A stretch of 58,299 nt of DNA, taken from IMG/VR virus record IMGVR_UViG_3300021225_000305, positions 1-58,299 of that record, one strand, 5' to 3'. The notes beneath the pieces were generated by a model. It was given only the letters and a program-made list of their open reading frames with translations. It searched no databases and was not told where the DNA came from. The stretch comes from a virus (Duplodnaviria > Caudoviricetes). Shown here in pieces: positions 1 to 10,744 of the stretch; position 1 is the first letter of the stretch, and every line of letters starts with the position of its first letter. A program made the position numbers and the translations under genes.

Positions 1-3000
1 TTGATGAAAAAAGAGAAGATGGTAAAAAAGAATCTGTAAATGAAATATGGGATAAATATAATAACGGGGAAATAACTTTAGAAGAAGCACAAAATCAAAT
101 ATTACAAGATGGAAAAGATCCAAACGTCACAGAATGGGCAGAGTTCACAGGAAAACTCTTGGACAGTGAACAAAGAGCATCAATCTTTTTACCAATACGT
201 CCAAGCGAACGGGCAAAAACTTCCACTGGAATGGGAGACGTCACAGGAACTGGTGGAGATGTATCCAGAGTGGGAGGAAGAGATAATGGAGAACGCACTT
301 CTACCAAATTAGCAAAAGGTTTACGCAAAGGAGCTGAAGCTGCTCGTAAGGGTAAGAGAGGCGGTCTTGCGATGAATCCTATTGATCCGTTCTTAGAGGT
401 TATTGCCAAGGCCCTTGAGGCAGGTGCATCTCTAACAGAGGCTATTGCAAAAGGTATTGAGGCATTCAAAAACTCAGACTTCTACAAGAACTTAACTGCT
501 CAAGAGAAGAGCAAGGCTGTAAACGATCTTAAGAAGGCAATGGACGAGCAAATTGCTCCGACTATTGCCAATCTTATCAACGAAGAAATGTTGAAAGGTA
601 AGGGAGTTTACACAGCTTCACAAAATGTGAAGAAAGCAATGATTAATGAAGGGGTTATCGATGAGGCAACCTTTGATCGAATTGTTGGGAAGGCTGAAAA
701 AATTGTTAAGGACGAGGCAGAGCAGATGATAGTAGACGCTACAGATAAAGCTGTGGAGGATGTTAGATCAGGCGCAGGTTTAGACAATGCGTTAAATGCT
801 CTCTCTGACTTTATTAATAATGAAGTAGGTTTCTATAAGTCTCAAGATAAGACTCTTAAGAAAGATTTAGCTGATAAGGCTAAAGCTAACGTGATGGATC
901 AATTAGCGTCTAAGATAGCAGGTGATGCTAAGTCTTACATGGATGTTGATAACATGAGTAAGGCAGATGCCATTGAGAAAGCTTTAGGTGATGCTACATC
1001 CGCAGGTATGGAGTTCTCTACGGTAGATCAATTGCGTGATTCTGTTAAGAACTCTCTTGATAAAATCAAATCTAAAGATGCAGCTGAGGCTAGAAAGAAA
1101 GAGCCGACAGTTACGACTACTGAGAAGCAGATTATGAAGGATAAGCTTAAGGCTATGGACGCTGCTCTTAAAGAGGCGGTAGCTAAAGCAAAGCAAGATA
1201 AGAAAGATGAGAAGGAGATGCGACAATTAGTTCGCAATTGGGTGAAAGAATACTTAAAGACTTCGGGTATCTCTGCTAAGATTTCTCCTGTTCAAATGAG
1301 AGCTATTGTATCAAGAGCAACAGGAGTTGTATCTGATATGACGGACACTAAGATGAAGGCACTCACAGACTACGTTGAAAAGGTTGTTGCCGATCAGGAG
1401 TACGCTCAAATGATTAACGATCTTGAAAAGAACAAGAAGGGAGCGAATAAGAAGAGACACAACCAGTACACAGAAGCGGTGAGAAGATATTTATCTCTCC
1501 CTCTTGTGAACTCGGATGGCACCCCTCTTATGAATGACCAGGAATTAAAGGCATACGCTGAATCTGTTGCTCGTTTAAATCAAAGCGTTCCTGACCATAG
1601 TCGTATGGACATGAATCTTGCTGATCGCGTGTTAAACGATTACAATCAAGTTAAAGAGGATGTAACTATATTAGATTACAATCAAGCTTTTACTGATGTA
1701 AAAACTTCAGACATTAATGATCTTGAAGAGTACAGAGAATTTGTTAGAAAAGTAAATAAAGCTAAACGGATTTTGGATTCTTTATATAATCAAGGTAAGA
1801 TTACTCAGGATGAATATAATTCCAAATTAGAAGATTTATATACTAAAGAAAATGGTCTAAGAGTTTACGAACAGCAACACCAAGATCAAATTGACGCTCT
1901 CAAAGAGGGAATGATTGATGATATCGTGGATATGTCTAAATATGTTGATAAGTCAGGATTCATTGGTCAACAAAACGAGGTGTACCGTAGACTGGAAGTA
2001 ATGCTTACAAAGCCTGAAATGTTAATGAGTCTTGATGTTAAAGATCTTGCTAAGTTGACAGAGGTGATGGATCGTATGGCTGATGGTTTTGTAGCTGAGA
2101 AAGAATTGCGTGAGATTGTAAACAGAGCTGAGACAAGAGGTCAGAAGAAAGGAGAGAGCATTGTTAATCAATTAGCTTCTATCTACAAATCTTTAAACAC
2201 TCCTGACTTGACTAAGTTGAGAAACTTGTTGAAGCTCACTGAGCCTGCTCAAATAGAGCGTGTCCTTGGGTTAGCTACAGGTCCTATTTACAATAATATT
2301 ATTCAACCAATCAACTCGGCATTTACTAAGATGCGTAAGAACAACGAGAGATTGATGGATCAGTATTACCAAGCCCGTCAAAACAATAAATTTAAGGGCG
2401 ATGTTGTTGTAAAGAGATCTGAGTATGACAAAGGAATCGGATCTAAGTTAAGCGGTAATATTACAGTGAAAGCTGATAAGTACTACTCTACTCGTGTTGC
2501 CATGTTGTCTAGCATATTCGACTACGCTAGCAAGGCTATGGAACAGAAGGCAGAGACAAAAGATTTCTGGGGTGAGAACTTAGAGAAGGCTGATGTTAAA
2601 AAGGCTTATCACAATGATGGCTCTCTTCACATTGTTAACGACATTTATTCTAAATTGAATAATGATCCTCGCTTCCAAACTAATGGCAAATTAGATTACA
2701 CGAAGATTTACGAGGCTTTCTTAAATGATCCTAAATCTGTAATGTCAGAGGCTGAATATAAGTTATATGAAGCTACTCAAAAGATTAATAAGGAAGAGAT
2801 TGGAGAAGCTCTTGTAAGTGCCAACGCTATACGTGGTATCAATGGAGAGATCAGTGCTGTACACTACCCAAGAAAGTCTTTAGGAAAGTCTTCTGCGGAA
2901 GACGCTGACCTAGTAGCTGGAACAGGAGGAAAGGTGGGAGGTCTACGTGCAGGATCTTCTTATTCTCGTGTGCTTGAGACTCCTAAGGACGCTATTGATT

Positions 3001-5249
3001 TGAATCTTGACAGAGTAATGGCAACTCAGATTTATGAAGCCTCTCGTGACTTGTATTTAAATGATGCCATCCAACAGACTAATGAGGTGTTTAGAAACGC
3101 GAAGGAGAATGCTAATCCTGACGAGAAGGCTATACTACAAGCCATTCAAGATTGGAATAGAAATCGTGTAGATTTTGAGTTAGAAAAGTCTTCTAAGAAT
3201 GTTATTACCAGAGCGTTTGGAGGTTTTGCTTCATACGCTTTGATCGGCAAGGTGAGAACTCCTGCTGAATTTGGAACAAACTTGTTTTCAGGTATATTTA
3301 ATCAACTAAGCAATGTTGCTAAGATTGGACCTAAGGCTCTTACGAATCCTATTAATCCTCTTCAAACGCAAGAGTCTAAAAAGATTATGGAGAAGTTTGA
3401 TAGTCCTGTTCAGTTTATGAGTTGGAATATGAAAACATATGCAACGTATGGTAAAGGAAAAGTGGATAAGAATTATAAATCCTCTTTCTACAACAATACG
3501 ATTAATATGTTAATGAATATTTCTGGCCCTCTTACTGTAGGTGAATGGAGATCTGACTTCGATGCTAAATTTAAGGAGTTAACAGGAGAGAAATACAACG
3601 AAGCAAAACACCTTGATAATGATGAATACTTTTATGCAATGCAAGAAGCTTCATCTTATGCTAACCAACAGATCGAAAGAATTAAAGGTGGAGCATTTAA
3701 AGGCCAAGGCAAACAATTCGTTGCGGTAAATCCTATTACGGATATCAAGAAAATATTCCCTGGTGTAAAAATCAAAGATGAAGAGGGAATGGTAAGTGCT
3801 AACGACACCTTTGCTCAAATGACTAATATGTTCAACAACTTTGTTGGTCGTGATGTCAAGAACTTTGTTTCAGGTGCTTGGCAAGCAGGAACAGGAAGAG
3901 ATGTATCAGGAGGAATTAAAGACATGATAGGTTCTTCATATCGTCTAGGTTCATACTACTTGATATACAACCTTATTGACGCTGCAATGAAGTCTGCTCT
4001 AGGAGATGACGAGGAGAAGAAGAAGGGAGAGAAAAAGATGGAGATGTTCACTACAGAAGAGGGTAGATGGGATACTGCATTTAATACTGTATTGAACTTT
4101 GTTACAACAGTTGCCACATCTAAATACGGTGCTAACGGGCGTGCCATTGCTGTGGGTTGTTTAAATTATTTATACAATAACACCAATAACGAAGAACAGA
4201 GGAAAATGGCTGCCGATGCTTTAGCTTCTATGTATTTCCAAGAGCCTGTAGAAATGGGGCAATATGGAGCAGCAGAGAAATTTATATATATGGCAACTAC
4301 AATGTATATTCCTCCTGCTGATGTTATTGCCAATCAAGCTCAAAAAGAATTTGATCGTTTATCAGGAAGCGATAAGTACAAGGGAGCTACTATTACAGAC
4401 TTCTTTGATCAGACAGGTAAATTCTTTAATGATCCTGAAGTTGTGGAGTATAGAAAATTCTTAGCTGGAGGATTTACTTTAGCCACTCAAATTGGTGTTG
4501 TTACAGGAGTAAGTTTCCCGTTTTTTAAAGATGTAGTTAAATTAATAGCAAAAGATGTTCAAGACAAGCAGAATATAGTTATTTTAAACAAGCGTGGAGA
4601 AAACATGGTTGAAGGGGTGCTTGATTTTGACATTGATGGTAATGGAATGGTCTCCGTAACTGTTGACATTCCAGGTATGCCTGCTGACCAGAAGAAAGTT
4701 ATTAATGAATCTCTTTCTAATGCTGCTAGTGATAAATTTAACAAACTGATTGGAAAAAATATAGAGACGATAAACGCAATGTCTGAGAAAGATGAAGTTG
4801 AGTCAGCTCATAAGTTTGCCTGGATTCAATATTATTATGATTTGGCCATACATCAAGCTAAAGTAGAAGCTAAACTTGCTAAACCAGAAGAAGCTCCACA
4901 ACCGCCAATTGAAAGTTCTAATTATATTGAAAGTGAAGAACAGAAGAAAAAATGGCTTGAAAACTATCAAAACGCACGTGCTACAGGCAAATTCTCATCA
5001 GCATCTAAATTGTCAACAACAAGAGATGTGCAGGAAGGTATCCAACAATTAATAGATAATAGTGAGTATAAAGACATTTATAACTCTCTTGATCCTAATA
5101 AAGTTGAGAATATTGGAGCTATAAAAGCTATGAATGCTTACTTCAATGACCTCTACCAATATAATGTAACACCTGTACCAGGGAAACAACCAAAGGCTAG
5201 CGATTATTTTTATAAAGATTATAACGGAAAAATAACTCCTGTTGAATAA
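1..5249 (+). CDS. Giant virion-associated (ejection/cargo-type) protein, C-terminal part; 5'-truncated
   Basis: The frame is open from base 3 (DEKREDGKK...) through the track start at 159 to TAA at 5249, giving >1740 aa. It is Ala/Lys/Glu-rich and helical, and lies just before the lysis and tail-fibre genes. No catalytic motif recognised. Confidence 0.6.
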   Translation, partial: DEKREDGKKESVNEIWDKYNNGEITLEEAQNQILQDGKDPNVTEWAEFTGKLLDSEQRASIFLPIRPSERAKTSTGMGDVTGTGGDVSRVGGRDNGERTSTKLAKGLRKGAEAARKGKRGGLAMNPIDPFLEVIAKALEAGASLTEAIAKGIEAFKNSDFYKNLTAQEKSKAVNDLKKAMDEQIAPTIANLINEEMLKGKGVYTASQNVKKAMINEGVIDEATFDRIVGKAEKIVKDEAEQMIVDATDKAVEDVRSGAGLDNALNALSDFINNEVGFYKSQDKTLKKDLADKAKANVMDQLASKIAGDAKSYMDVDNMSKADAIEKALGDATSAGMEFSTVDQLRDSVKNSLDKIKSKDAAEARKKEPTVTTTEKQIMKDKLKAMDAALKEAVAKAKQDKKDEKEMRQLVRNWVKEYLKTSGISAKISPVQMRAIVSRATGVVSDMTDTKMKALTDYVEKVVADQEYAQMINDLEKNKKGANKKRHNQYTEAVRRYLSLPLVNSDGTPLMNDQELKAYAESVARLNQSVPDHSRMDMNLADRVLNDYNQVKEDVTILDYNQAFTDVKTSDINDLEEYREFVRKVNKAKRILDSLYNQGKITQDEYNSKLEDLYTKENGLRVYEQQHQDQIDALKEGMIDDIVDMSKYVDKSGFIGQQNEVYRRLEVMLTKPEMLMSLDVKDLAKLTEVMDRMADGFVAEKELREIVNRAETRGQKKGESIVNQLASIYKSLNTPDLTKLRNLLKLTEPAQIERVLGLATGPIYNNIIQPINSAFTKMRKNNERLMDQYYQARQNNKFKGDVVVKRSEYDKGIGSKLSGNITVKADKYYSTRVAMLSSIFDYASKAMEQKAETKDFWGENLEKADVKKAYHNDGSLHIVNDIYSKLNNDPRFQTNGKLDYTKIYEAFLNDPKSVMSEAEYKLYEATQKINKEEIGEALVSANAIRGINGEISAVHYPRKSLGKSSAEDADLVAGTGGKVGGLRAGSSYSRVLETPKDAIDLNLDRVMATQIYEASRDLYLNDAIQQTNEVFRNAKENANPDEKAILQAIQDWNRNRVDFELEKSSKNVITRAFGGFASYALIGKVRTPAEFGTNLFSGIFNQLSNVAKIGPKALTNPINPLQTQESKKIMEKFDSPVQFMSWNMKTYATYGKGKVDKNYKSSFYNNTINMLMNISGPLTVGEWRSDFDAKFKELTGEKYNEAKHLDNDEYFYAMQEASSYANQQIERIKGGAFKGQGKQFVAVNPITDIKKIFPGVKIKDEEGMVSANDTFAQMTNMFNNFVGRDVKNFVSGAWQAGTGRDVSGGIKDMIGSSYRLGSYYLIYNLIDAAMKSALGDDEEKKKGEKKMEMFTTEEGRWDTAFNTVLNFVTTVATSKYGANGRAIAVGCLNYLYNNTNNEEQRKMAADALASMYFQEPVEMGQYGAAEKFIYMATTMYIPPADVIANQAQKEFDRLSGSDKYKGATITDFFDQTGKFFNDPEVVEYRKFLAGGFTLATQIGVVTGVSFPFFKDVVKLIAKDVQDKQNIVILNKRGENMVEGVLDFDIDGNGMVSVTVDIPGMPADQKKVINESLSNAASDKFNKLIGKNIETINAMSEKDEVESAHKFAWIQYYYDLAIHQAKVEAKLAKPEEAPQPPIESSNYIESEEQKKKWLENYQNARATGKFSSASKLSTTRDVQEGIQQLIDNSEYKDIYNSLDPNKVENIGAIKAMNAYFNDLYQYNVTPVPGKQPKASDYFYKDYNGKITPVE

Positions 5250-5270
5250 AAAAAGTGTAAATTTGTGACT

Positions 5271-5771
5271 ATGAAAAAACCAGTAAAATTATCTTCAGAG
5301 ATTGTAAACTTACTCCTCCCTCGTTTGAAGGATGAGTTTACAGCTGCTTACTTTTATCGTTCTGCATCTAACTGGTGTAATAATGTAGGATTTTTTAAGG
5401 CAGGTACTTTCTTTGCCAAGGAGTCTGAGGACGAATTTGGTCATGCTAAAGGGATCGAAGATTTCTTAGTAAATTGGAATGTGACTCCAGAGTTGCCTAC
5501 AATTGCAAAGCCTGTTCTTACTTTCTCTAATCTGTCTGACGTAATCTCTCAAGCTTATGAGATGGAGTATGCTCTATACGAAGCATATGAAGAGACAAGC
5601 ATGAAGATCTTTAAAACAGAGGATCTATGCGTATTTGATTTTTTACAAAAATACAGATCAATACAAACAGCATCTGTTGCTGAGTATAGCGATAAGATTA
5701 ATACTTTAGAAGGTGTTAATTTAGGTAGCAAGTTTGAAATGTTAATGTTAGAAGAAAACTTATTTGGATAA
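5271..5771 (+). CDS. ftnA: Non-haem ferritin-like protein
   Basis: Ferritin helix motifs: E..AAYFY.S..NW, G..AG.FF..ES.DE..HA, E...Y, FDFLQKY...Q...V. ATG at 5271 preferred over GTG at 5265. Confidence 0.8.
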   Translation: MKKPVKLSSEIVNLLLPRLKDEFTAAYFYRSASNWCNNVGFFKAGTFFAKESEDEFGHAKGIEDFLVNWNVTPELPTIAKPVLTFSNLSDVISQAYEMEYALYEAYEETSMKIFKTEDLCVFDFLQKYRSIQTASVAEYSDKINTLEGVNLGSKFEMLMLEENLFG

Positions 5772-6262
5772 TGACAGCATTAAGCAAATACGCTACATTA
5801 GAGGAGTGCAGTAAGTCAGTTACAGCCTCTCGTCTCGGCATCGATAATAACCCTCCAGTAGAGGTTAGAGACAATTTAAAAGAGGTTTGCACTAAGATAT
5901 TTGATCCATGTCGTGAATTTGTAGGTGGTCCTCTAGGGATTGCTTCAGGTTATAGAAGCCCTAAATTAAACAAGGCTGTAGGTGGATCAAAGACTTCTCA
6001 ACATATGACGGGTGAGGCTCTTGATATTGATTGTGACGTATTTAATCACGGAAACAATAAGGATCTTTTTTATTTTATAAAAGACAATCTTAATTTTGAT
6101 CAGATGATTGCAGAATTTAAGAACGGATCAAACCCAGAATGGGTTCACGTATCTTATTCTCGTCTTCACAATAGAAAACAGATATTAATCGCAACAAAGA
6201 GAAATGGCAAAACAGTTTATCTCCCATATTCTGATAAGTTGTTTAAAGAAATTTACGGTTAA
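5771..6262 (+). CDS. Endolysin, peptidase M15A family
   Basis: SGYRSPKLNKAVGGSKTSQHMTGEALDI and WVHVS Zn-binding motifs; adjacent to membrane protein genes. Confidence 0.85.
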   Translation: MTALSKYATLEECSKSVTASRLGIDNNPPVEVRDNLKEVCTKIFDPCREFVGGPLGIASGYRSPKLNKAVGGSKTSQHMTGEALDIDCDVFNHGNNKDLFYFIKDNLNFDQMIAEFKNGSNPEWVHVSYSRLHNRKQILIATKRNGKTVYLPYSDKLFKEIYG

Positions 6263-6264
6263 TT

Positions 6265-6516
6265 ATGAACACTGAAAAAGAAATAGCATTGATACACGAA
6301 GAACTACAAGAACTTAACAAAAAGATTGACCGTATTTATAACGTGTTAATCGGAGACGAACAGATGAAGATTGAAGGGCTTGTAGATAAGGTTGCTCAAC
6401 ATGATCGTTTTATTCAAAAACAAAAAATCAGTCAGGCTCGTATAGCAGGTATTGCCACGGGTATGGGTATCGTAGGTGGTATCCTTGTCGAGATGATCAT
6501 GAAAATGTTTGTATGA
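6265..6516 (+). CDS. Small coiled-coil protein with C-terminal TM helix (lysis module)
   Basis: C-terminal hydrophobic IAGIATGMGIVGGILVEMI; lies between endolysin and holin candidate. Confidence 0.55.
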   Translation: MNTEKEIALIHEELQELNKKIDRIYNVLIGDEQMKIEGLVDKVAQHDRFIQKQKISQARIAGIATGMGIVGGILVEMIMKMFV

Positions 6517-6758
6517 AATGGATAAAATCTCTTTTAAGTTCTGAGGGAGACGCTAGTTCCAAAAGAGTTAGTGCTATACTGTCTCTTCTTGTTTGCATAT
6601 CAATGGCGTATATAGCCACTTTTACAGAATATAAATGCCCTGAATATATGTTTGAGGGCCTTTTAGTTATTGCAGGAGGGGGTTTGGGACTTACGGTTAT
6701 TGAGAGTATCTTTACACGATATAAAAAAAAGGATGACACACCATCCGAAGAACAATAA
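6513..6758 (+). CDS. Putative holin (2 TM)
   Basis: Two hydrophobic helices, SSKR N-terminal motif and charged C-tail; lysis context. Confidence 0.6.
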   Translation: MKWIKSLLSSEGDASSKRVSAILSLLVCISMAYIATFTEYKCPEYMFEGLLVIAGGGLGLTVIESIFTRYKKKDDTPSEEQ

Positions 6759-6769
6759 AAAACAAACGC

Positions 6770-7633
6770 ATGAGTTTTAAAATACCTTTCTCTCTATCTT
6801 CGGAGGAGAAGGCTCTGATGGATCTTTACACGATCTTAAATAGCCAATTAAATAGTCCGACATCTTCCTGGTCTCTAGTTAAAGAAGAAACGCTTACTCC
6901 TAAAAGTGCTAGAGTAAGTGGTTTTATCCGTGTTGTAGAGAATGGTGTAGAGAGATGCTCAGACTCATTTACAGCTATATGTGATGACGGAAGACCACGA
7001 GAGGTAATAACAGCCATAGCAACTGTAAAACTCCTTGTAATGTGCTGTACGGCACTCGGAATACCTGTGGAGTTTCAATTTGAGAAAAATAAAAAACCAA
7101 CAAAAAAACAAGAAGCAAAAACATGGAAAGAGTTGGCTGAAGATCATGCCTTGGATCCTATTATGGTTGCTAAGTGCGATACTATTAAGTCTCTTCGTAG
7201 GTATTGTAAGCCCCTTAATTTCCCTATTGGCCAGGCTCTTGAAGAAGTTCAGAAGAAGTTTGAGTCGGAAAGGGTAACAACAAAGCAGTTCTTTGAGTTC
7301 CTATACGGAGAATCAAATTACAATAAGATTAAGTCAAGCTTTAAAAAAAGAAAGGCCACTCGAATTGATGTACAAAATAACGTACAAGAAGAGAGTGATA
7401 GTAAGAAAGAGCCTGTAGTTATCAAAGCACCTTCCTTTGAACCAATTGCTAGTACAGCTAGATCTCATTCAGAGGCTAAGTATGTCATTGGCAAAATGAT
7501 AAGCCTTGGAATAAATAGTTCTACATTTGAAAAAATTAGTCAGGAGATGGCTGACAAATACGGTAATTTTCAGTACTTTTGTATTAACGCAACCGATGAA
7601 GAGATTGCGTCAGTACTAATGCTAGTAGATTAA
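6770..7633 (+). CDS. Hypothetical protein
   Basis: 287-aa ORF coupled to the next gene by a TAATG overlap. Confidence 0.6.
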   Translation: MSFKIPFSLSSEEKALMDLYTILNSQLNSPTSSWSLVKEETLTPKSARVSGFIRVVENGVERCSDSFTAICDDGRPREVITAIATVKLLVMCCTALGIPVEFQFEKNKKPTKKQEAKTWKELAEDHALDPIMVAKCDTIKSLRRYCKPLNFPIGQALEEVQKKFESERVTTKQFFEFLYGESNYNKIKSSFKKRKATRIDVQNNVQEESDSKKEPVVIKAPSFEPIASTARSHSEAKYVIGKMISLGINSSTFEKISQEMADKYGNFQYFCINATDEEIASVLMLVD

Positions 7634-10245
7634 TGTCAAATAAAAATGTAACTAAGATTGAAAGACTGTCCTCAGGGATGGTAAAGCTATATAACAAATC
7701 AAATGTTATAGGAGCTTTCAGTGCATTAAACTCTATCTCTATAGGATATGAGAATAATAATGCTAGAACAATACAGTTTACAGATAATGGAAATACAATT
7801 TCATTTCAACTATTTAATTTGCAGGAGATCATTGGAAGCACGACAACTGTTACCTATACTCCAATAGATACAACTAGCACTGGACCTGATTATAATGCCA
7901 GAGTATTTGAAGTCTTTGATTTCCTCTCCTCTCAAGTGTTCCAAGGATTCTCTCCTGGGCCAACTTATGTAGGAGGAGTTGTTGCAGCTTATCCAAACTA
8001 CGCCTCTTTTCCTGTAACAGGAACTCAATCAGTTATTTATATAGATGAGGCTGATAATAGTGCTTACTATTGGGATGGATCAGCTTATCAATTACTCGTA
8101 TCAACAGGGGTAGAGCAGTATGCAAATTTTGCATCATTCCCAGTAACAGGATCGGCTAATGTCATTTATGTTGACATGAGTGTGCCAACGCCATATGTAT
8201 GGAATGGGACAGCCTATGAGTCTATTGGAAGTGCTGCTGTATGGGGTGGAATTACAGGAACTCTTTCTGCCCAAACAGATTTGCAAGCCGCCCTAGACGC
8301 AAAGTTTGATAATCCAACAGGGAAAAGTACAGACTATTTAGATGGTACAGGAACCCCTACTCCATTTCCTTCATTAACAGGTTATGTTCCATACATAGGA
8401 GCTACTGGAAACGTAGACTTAGGAGAATATGAATTAAAGGCAGGGCAGGTAGAGCTAGACCAATCACCTACAGGAGCCGCAGGAGTAGGTGTAATGCGTT
8501 GGAACAATACAGATGGAACAGCAGACCTTGGTTTAAAGGGAGGTAATGTAACTCTCCAATTAGGTCAAGAGATGGTTATTAGAGCCGTAAACAAGAGTGG
8601 CGGAGACCTACTTGAGGCTAACTATCAGGCAGTTCGATTGAGATTGGTTAGTGAGGGTGGAGCAGCAGGACAACGTCTAGCCGTTAAACTTGCATTAGCC
8701 GACAGCGACATCAACTCAGCTACCACAATAGGTCTTGTAACAGAGACGATAAATAACAATCAAGAGGGATTTATAACTACTATTGGTGTAGTTCGAGAGA
8801 TTAATACTACAGGATCTCTTCAAGGAGAAACATGGGTAGACGGTGATATCCTCTATCTCTCTCCAACAGTAGCTGGTCAGTTGACAAATATAAAACCTGT
8901 AGCACCTGATCATCTTGTAGTAGTTGGTTATGTAGAATATGCTCACGCTATTCATGGGAAAATATATGTTAAATGCGATAATGGGTATGAGCTTGATGAG
9001 CTTCACAATGTTTATATCAATGCCCCTACAACATGGCAGGTATTAAGATACGATGCTACAGCAGGGTATTGGACTAATAGTTCTTTGACGGCTTCCATAC
9101 TTCCTAGCGGAATTGACGCCTCTAAGATTGGAGCAGGAACAGTAGATAATACAGAGTTTGGGTATTTGAATGGAGTTACCTCTTCAATACAAACTCAATT
9201 AGACGGTAAGGTCCCAACAACGCGTTCAATTACGATCAACGGAACAACGCAAGACTTATCAGCAGATAGAACATTCACGATATCAACCAATCCAGGCACA
9301 GTTACAAGCGTGGCAGCATTGACGTTAGGCACAACAGGAACTGACTTGAGTTCAACCGTTGCAAATGGAACAAGCACTCCTGTAATAACGCTCAACGTTC
9401 CTACTGCCTCAGCAACGAATAGAGGTGCTTTGAGTTCAACGGATTGGTCAACTTTTAACGGCAAGTTCACGCTACCTTCTCTAACAAGTGGAAGCGTATT
9501 ATTCAGCAACGGCACAACGATAGCGCAGAGTAACTCGCAGCTATTTTGGGACAATGTAAATAATAGGCTGGGTATTGGTACGGCTTCGCCTGCAAATACT
9601 TTAGATGTTAACGGAACTTTGCGATTTGGAACTACGGGTAATTTAATTGTAACATCTACAACAACTGAAATAAATATAGTTAGACAGGGTGTTACAACTT
9701 TTATAACAAGTGGTAGTTCAGGTAATGCAGGTGTTGGAACTATAAGCAATGCAGCATTTACTTTCTTTACAAATAACGGAGCAAAAGCGCAAATAACTGC
9801 GGGTGGTAATTTCCTCATCGGCACAACAACAGACGCAGGGTACAAGCTCGATGTAAATGGGAGCGGAAGGATATTAAATGGCTCAGCTCAATTGCTTGTC
9901 AACAACGCTACTTATTCTGAATTGGCTTATGGAACAACTAATTATTTCAGGGCGAATGGAGCATCAGCAATAGTTAACGGACCAATTATTCAGTTTTTAA
10001 GGTCGGGTACGGAAGTAGCGAGATTTGCAACTACAACAGGTAATCTTCTTATAAATACAACTACCGATGTTGCATCTTCAATTTTAACCCTCGCATCAAT
10101 TACAAAAGGCTTCCTTCCTCCACGAATGACTACAACTCAAAAGAACGCTATTGCTACACCAGCAGCAGGGTTGGTAGTTTACGATACAACACTTAATAAG
10201 CTATGCGTTTATACAACAACGTGGGAAGTAGTAACATCAATTTAA
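7633..10245 (+). CDS. Tail fibre / receptor-binding protein
   Basis: 870 aa, Thr/Gly/Ser-rich. Tandem YxNxASFPVTG..VIY.D....Y.W.G.AY repeats, RLGIGTASP.NTLDVNG and GNFLIGTTTDAGYKLDVNG fibre repeats, C-terminal GFLPPRMTTTQKNAIATPAAGLVVYDT. Confidence 0.8.
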   Translation: MSNKNVTKIERLSSGMVKLYNKSNVIGAFSALNSISIGYENNNARTIQFTDNGNTISFQLFNLQEIIGSTTTVTYTPIDTTSTGPDYNARVFEVFDFLSSQVFQGFSPGPTYVGGVVAAYPNYASFPVTGTQSVIYIDEADNSAYYWDGSAYQLLVSTGVEQYANFASFPVTGSANVIYVDMSVPTPYVWNGTAYESIGSAAVWGGITGTLSAQTDLQAALDAKFDNPTGKSTDYLDGTGTPTPFPSLTGYVPYIGATGNVDLGEYELKAGQVELDQSPTGAAGVGVMRWNNTDGTADLGLKGGNVTLQLGQEMVIRAVNKSGGDLLEANYQAVRLRLVSEGGAAGQRLAVKLALADSDINSATTIGLVTETINNNQEGFITTIGVVREINTTGSLQGETWVDGDILYLSPTVAGQLTNIKPVAPDHLVVVGYVEYAHAIHGKIYVKCDNGYELDELHNVYINAPTTWQVLRYDATAGYWTNSSLTASILPSGIDASKIGAGTVDNTEFGYLNGVTSSIQTQLDGKVPTTRSITINGTTQDLSADRTFTISTNPGTVTSVAALTLGTTGTDLSSTVANGTSTPVITLNVPTASATNRGALSSTDWSTFNGKFTLPSLTSGSVLFSNGTTIAQSNSQLFWDNVNNRLGIGTASPANTLDVNGTLRFGTTGNLIVTSTTTEINIVRQGVTTFITSGSSGNAGVGTISNAAFTFFTNNGAKAQITAGGNFLIGTTTDAGYKLDVNGSGRILNGSAQLLVNNATYSELAYGTTNYFRANGASAIVNGPIIQFLRSGTEVARFATTTGNLLINTTTDVASSILTLASITKGFLPPRMTTTQKNAIATPAAGLVVYDTTLNKLCVYTTTWEVVTSI

Positions 10246-10255
10246 ACTTATAACA

Positions 10256-10525
10256 ATGGCTAAAATACAACCTATCAAATTTCCTCTCAATCAGGGAACA
10301 GCAACAGAGATGAGCGTTCTCATTCTCAACTTCGAAACAAGCGCAACAACTTGCACTACTTACTATGAACTCAAGACTGAAGCAACTGAAGAAGTACCTT
10401 CAAAGGTTTTGAGCAATGGTAACTACACGTTGACAGAAGAGGAATTCGCAGCGTGGGGTAACGACAACACTTGGGTTGAAACGTGCGTGGCTAACGCGAT
10501 AGGAGTTGTGATTACAACCTTTTAA
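10256..10525 (+). CDS. Small tail-fibre-associated protein
   Basis: 89-aa ORF directly downstream of the fibre gene. Confidence 0.5.
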   Translation: MAKIQPIKFPLNQGTATEMSVLILNFETSATTCTTYYELKTEATEEVPSKVLSNGNYTLTEEEFAAWGNDNTWVETCVANAIGVVITTF

Positions 10526-10552
10526 TCGTATATTTGTCAAAACACAAATAAC

Positions 10553-10705
10553 ATGAAGGACATTGTAATTACCCCAGAACAGATGAAGCAACTCGATGCT
10601 TTTATCCAGGAGATGCCTGTTAAGTATGGCATCCCTCTCATCAACTTTTTCAACGAGATTGCTAAGGCGCAGGTAGGAGAAGAAGATGTGAAAATTAGTG
10701 AATAA
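10553..10705 (+). CDS. Small hypothetical protein (50 aa, not in ORF track)
   Basis: MKDIVITPEQMKQLDAFIQEMPVKYGIPLINFFNEIAKAQVGEEDVKISE*, preceded by TATATTTG and an A/C-rich leader. Confidence 0.6.
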   Translation: MKDIVITPEQMKQLDAFIQEMPVKYGIPLINFFNEIAKAQVGEEDVKISE

Positions 10706-10709
10706 AATA

Positions 10710-10742
10710 TTTGCAAATACAGAATTAAGTTTTGTATATTTG
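10710..10742 (+). promoter_or_regulatory. Bacteroidota sigma70-type promoter
   Basis: TTTG (10710-10713), 21-nt spacer, TATATTTG (10735-10742); fits the TTTG-N19-21-TAnnTTTG consensus. Confidence 0.7.
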
Positions 10743-10744
10743 TC

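Noticed and set aside
7633-10245. Diversity-generating retroelement targeting the tail fibre
   Set aside because: No reverse transcriptase and no template/variable repeat pair differing at adenines was seen.
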